Origin: an uncultured Chloroflexia bacterium
Lineage (GTDB): Bacteria > Chloroflexota > Anaerolineae > JAAYZQ01
Direction: 5' to 3'
Length of the DNA: 64,000 nucleotides
Assembly (NCBI GenBank): GCA_963700285.1
Contig: CAVOXA010000007.1
Location: 64,001 to 128,000 of the forward strand
The notes beneath the pieces were generated by a model. That model saw nothing but the letters and a program-made list of their open reading frames with translations, had not been told where the DNA came from and made no database searches. The number at the start of each line of letters is the position of its first letter. Position 1 is the first letter of the stretch. The translations under genes and the position numbers were made by a program. This document shows, in pieces, positions 60,873 to 64,000 of this stretch.

Positions 60873-63317
60873 CTACTCGGCGGCGTAGCGGGCGAGATTC
60901 TGCCAGAAGGGCAGGTTGTCGGGGCCATCCCAGCCGGAGGCGAGTATGCCCAGGTCGGCGAGGGCCAGGACCTGGCCCCCGGCGTCCCCATGGTCGACCA
61001 GAACCACGGCTGGCTCGTCGCCCACACGGGCCAGCACAGTCCCGTCCACGTCATCGATGGGATCGAAGCGCAGACTGTTGTTCTCCAACAGGGAAAGCGT
61101 GGCTACGTCTGACACAAGGGGATGCTGCCCCTCGGTCTTGGCCCGGATGCCATCCAGCCCCCGGCCCTGGTATGTCAGGCCAAAGCGCGATGCCAGAGCA
61201 TTGGCGTCCATCACGTCCTCGTTGGCATCCTCGACCCTGGCCCCATACTTGAGACGGTGGCCGCTGTTGGTCAGGACCAGCAATCCGCCATCCGCCACGT
61301 AGCCTTCCAGTGCATCCACCTCTTCCGTCGTCCAGGCTTCGTCGTACAGGTTGAGGTTGGTGTCCAGGCTGGGATAGTCTACGACCGGGAGGGCGATGAC
61401 CAGGTCGGTCCCTGCCAGGTCCGCCCCAGTCACAGGCTGGCCATAGGGGATCAGGTCCACGTCAAAGCCTTCCATGGCCAGCGCCATGCCCAGGTCGGTG
61501 AACCAGGCGGGCGTCATGTGCACCGCTTCGGTGTGGCTGGCGACAAAGAGCGCGCGGTGTTCCGCTTCGGGTGGGACGCGCAGGTCGGCCGTGCCGGCCG
61601 GGACCTCCAGCGCTGCGGCCAGCGCCACGCGCGCCATCTCCTCCAGGACGTCCCCCACCTCGCGGGCCAATTCCACCGTATCGTAGGGGTCGTGGATGTG
61701 CGCCGCGTAGTGGAGGCTGCCCGTGGCTTCCATGGCCTCTTCGTCCACGTAGATCAGGTCGGCGTGGGGAACATTGTAGGCGCCAAACACGCTGTTGTCC
61801 GAGTAGGTGGTAAAGAGGTCCTCCGCCACCGTCTGGACACCGTGGCCGGCCGAAGCCTCGGCCAGATAGTCGGGCCACAGGAGCCGGCCGTCGCCCAGCC
61901 GGCCGTAGGACCAGGTAACCAGGGTGATCTCGGCGGGGATGCCGTCCAGGGGATGGCTCAGCATGTCGGTCTGCAACATGGCCTGCGTCCGGTCGAGCAG
62001 CTCCTGGTGGGTGGCCACAAAGTGGGAGGCGCCATAGAGCCCCAGCTCCTCGCTGCCAAACCAGACCAGGTACAGGTCGGTGGGCGGGGCGGTCTGCGAC
62101 TCATCGAGCACGCGGGCCACCTCCATCAGGATCACCGAGCCGCTGCCATCGTCCATGGCCCCGGGCGAGTTGGGGCTGTCAATGTGGGCGCCCAAGATCA
62201 TGGCCCGTGACGGATCTGCACCGGGGATGCGGGCGATGAGGTTGCTGGAGGTCGCCGGCGAAAAGACATCCGCGTCCCAGGTCAGGCGAGCTGACTCTAC
62301 GCCCTCCAGATCCTGCCAATCCTCAATCCCAGCAGGGCTCAGATCCTCCAGGCGGACGTAGAGGGTGGGCGGCGCCGTGGCCGTGCCCACCCAGTTGAGG
62401 GCGCTCAGGTCGCCGGCAAAGGCGCCATGGCTTTGCCCCACCCGGTTGGAGAAGGTCGTGACCAGCACCAGGCCCGCGGGCTCTTTTTCCAGCAGCTCCC
62501 AGGCGACCTGTACCCCCTGCTGGGTACTGCCCTGCACGATGCGGTCGACGGCCGCATAGTCCAGGAACACCACCTTGCCCTCCACGTCCTTCCGCTTCAG
62601 GGCATTGACCTCGTCGGCGGAGCGGACCAATAGCGTGGGACCCTCAACCACTACAGGGTCGCGGGCCGAATCGTTGAGCGCGCCGTCGGAATCAAAGCGC
62701 AGCGCCTGCGTAACGTCATCGCGCGGCCCGCGCAGGCCGTCGGCTGGCACCTCCGTCTCCTGCCCGTCAACGGTCAGATGGAGACGGGTGTCCCAGAGTT
62801 CGGTGCCCAGAAAGACGTGAAAATCCTGGCGCTCGAACTCTAGCCCCAGCTCGCGCAGATACTCGTGGCTCCCAAGTGTCTGCGTGACATAATCCTGGGC
62901 TTCAGCCTCGCCCTCGCTGGCCGAGTTCCGCCAGCCGGAATAGGGCTGAATGGCAGTCAGGTCCTCCAGGTAGCCAAAGAGGCTGTCCTGAGATATGAGG
63001 TCAAAGGGGTCAGACTCTGGCATCGGGCTGGCCGTGGGAGCGGAGCCTTCGACGGCGGTGGTGGGTGTGGCTTGGGCCTCTGTTGGCTTTGATTCCGGTG
63101 CGGGAGCCGGCGTCGGGGAGGATCTGGCCATTTCCACAGTGGGCTGAGGGGGCGAGGTTGGCGCTGGTGGTGATGGGCTAGGGGCCTTTGCCTGGGCAGT
63201 GGGCTGGTCCGCAACGCCGGCAGGGGAATCCGCTTGCCGGGGCAGGAGCTGCGACGCAAACCAGACAGCAATCGCGACGACGACAACAGCCAGTAGAATG
63301 TACAGCAGTTTTCTCAT
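60873..63317 (-). CDS. Membrane-anchored M28 metallopeptidase with a Pro-rich linker
   Basis: N-terminal TM, GAHIDS, GAMDDGSG, SEELGL, SDN, HDPYD. Confidence 0.88.
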   Translation of the reverse strand: MRKLLYILLAVVVVAIAVWFASQLLPRQADSPAGVADQPTAQAKAPSPSPPAPTSPPQPTVEMARSSPTPAPAPESKPTEAQATPTTAVEGSAPTASPMPESDPFDLISQDSLFGYLEDLTAIQPYSGWRNSASEGEAEAQDYVTQTLGSHEYLRELGLEFERQDFHVFLGTELWDTRLHLTVDGQETEVPADGLRGPRDDVTQALRFDSDGALNDSARDPVVVEGPTLLVRSADEVNALKRKDVEGKVVFLDYAAVDRIVQGSTQQGVQVAWELLEKEPAGLVLVTTFSNRVGQSHGAFAGDLSALNWVGTATAPPTLYVRLEDLSPAGIEDWQDLEGVESARLTWDADVFSPATSSNLIARIPGADPSRAMILGAHIDSPNSPGAMDDGSGSVILMEVARVLDESQTAPPTDLYLVWFGSEELGLYGASHFVATHQELLDRTQAMLQTDMLSHPLDGIPAEITLVTWSYGRLGDGRLLWPDYLAEASAGHGVQTVAEDLFTTYSDNSVFGAYNVPHADLIYVDEEAMEATGSLHYAAHIHDPYDTVELAREVGDVLEEMARVALAAALEVPAGTADLRVPPEAEHRALFVASHTEAVHMTPAWFTDLGMALAMEGFDVDLIPYGQPVTGADLAGTDLVIALPVVDYPSLDTNLNLYDEAWTTEEVDALEGYVADGGLLVLTNSGHRLKYGARVEDANEDVMDANALASRFGLTYQGRGLDGIRAKTEGQHPLVSDVATLSLLENNSLRFDPIDDVDGTVLARVGDEPAVVLVDHGDAGGQVLALADLGILASGWDGPDNLPFWQNLARYAAE

Positions 63318-63371
63318 TGACCGACTCCTCAACCGCTACAACGCCCTATCCCTGTTGTCTGTTCACCCGCC

Positions 63372-63408
63372 AAGATTCTTCATTCCGCTGCGCTCCATTC
63401 AGAATGAC
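63372..63408. repeat. REP-like half element (CAGAATGAC type)
   Basis: AGATTCTTCATTCCGCTGCGCTCCATTCAGAATGAC; related sequence at 39899-39930 and about 40054-40067. Confidence 0.55.
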
Positions 63409-63673
63409 GGAACACCGGATCCTCGCTCCTTCGATGCCGTGTCGCTGCCAGGTACAGTCGCGGTCACCTGGCGCAGTCCATTGTGCCTGAAGAGGTCGGC
63501 CTTGTCAATCTCCAGGATATGGCTTGCGTCCTGAGGCAGCGGCCTGGTGTTGCCTTTTCTTACTGACAATGGTATACTCGTCTCGCTCGTTTAGCGCCGG
63601 GGCCACCATGCCACAGGGGCACCAGTGGCTCGGGCTCGCTGGCCCAGGTATTGTGCGCCCAAGGAGATCCATC

Positions 63674-64000
63674 ATGCACTTGACCTTGCTTGCTCAGCAG
63701 CCATTCATGCTATCGTCCGTACTGGGGTCGCACGGTTGGATCCGGTTGGCGCCCAATGGCACGGACGATGCTCTGAGCTGTCTGAACCGTGTGGAGCGGC
63801 TGGACTCTGGTTGCGTGGTCGAGATCCTCGTCCAGGAGGCGGCGGGCGGCGCCAGTGTAGTGGTCGATGGCGATTTGACGGCATTGGACCAGCGCGAGGT
63901 CGCCAGCAAGGTAGGTTGGATGCTGGGCCTGGAGCAGGACCTGAGCCCCTTTTATGCCCAGGCCCGCCAGGAGCCCAAACTGGCGCAGGTGGAAGCACGC
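63674..64000 (+). CDS. Probable AlkA/OGG-like DNA glycosylase N-terminus, runs off the window (not in the ORF track)
   Basis: AAGGAG RBS, ATG 63674, open frame MHLTLLAQQPF...SHGWIRLAP...WMLGLEQDLSPFY to the window end. Confidence 0.6.
   Translation, partial: MHLTLLAQQPFMLSSVLGSHGWIRLAPNGTDDALSCLNRVERLDSGCVVEILVQEAAGGASVVVDGDLTALDQREVASKVGWMLGLEQDLSPFYAQARQEPKLAQVEAR

Overview
GC-rich bacterial window that looks like Chloroflexota/Anaerolineae (an inference from gene content, TGn-TATAAT promoters and REP-like palindromes). The centrepiece is a roughly 10-kb redox operon (2786-12674): hdrC-hdrB-hdrA(N-half)-nuoE-like-nuoF-like-[nuoG-like::hdrA(C-half)]-mvhD-mvhG-mvhA-maturation protease. The hdrA N-half, split into two ORFs in the ORF track, is most likely one selenoprotein: an in-frame TGA at 4812-4814 in DCAT-U-ILGPK is followed by a GGUC-loop SECIS-like hairpin. 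HdrA is also physically split inside its ferredoxin insert by a HydABC/NuoEFG-type module, so two kinds of flavin bifurcation module may sit in one hydrogenase-heterodisulfide reductase complex. The rest holds an extended phosphate-uptake operon (USP, pstSCAB, Sbp-like binding protein, Na/Pi-type transporter, USP, Cache kinase) with Pho-box-like repeats, a UPF0175/DUF3368 pair, a QueC-like gene running into a 107-bp REP tandem array, an MBL-hydrolase/metacaspase pair, a secreted Trp/Tyr repeat protein, assorted hydrolases and gene relics. Many genes carry single-base frameshifts, probably assembly indel errors. No rRNA, tRNA, CRISPR array or intact transposase was recognised.
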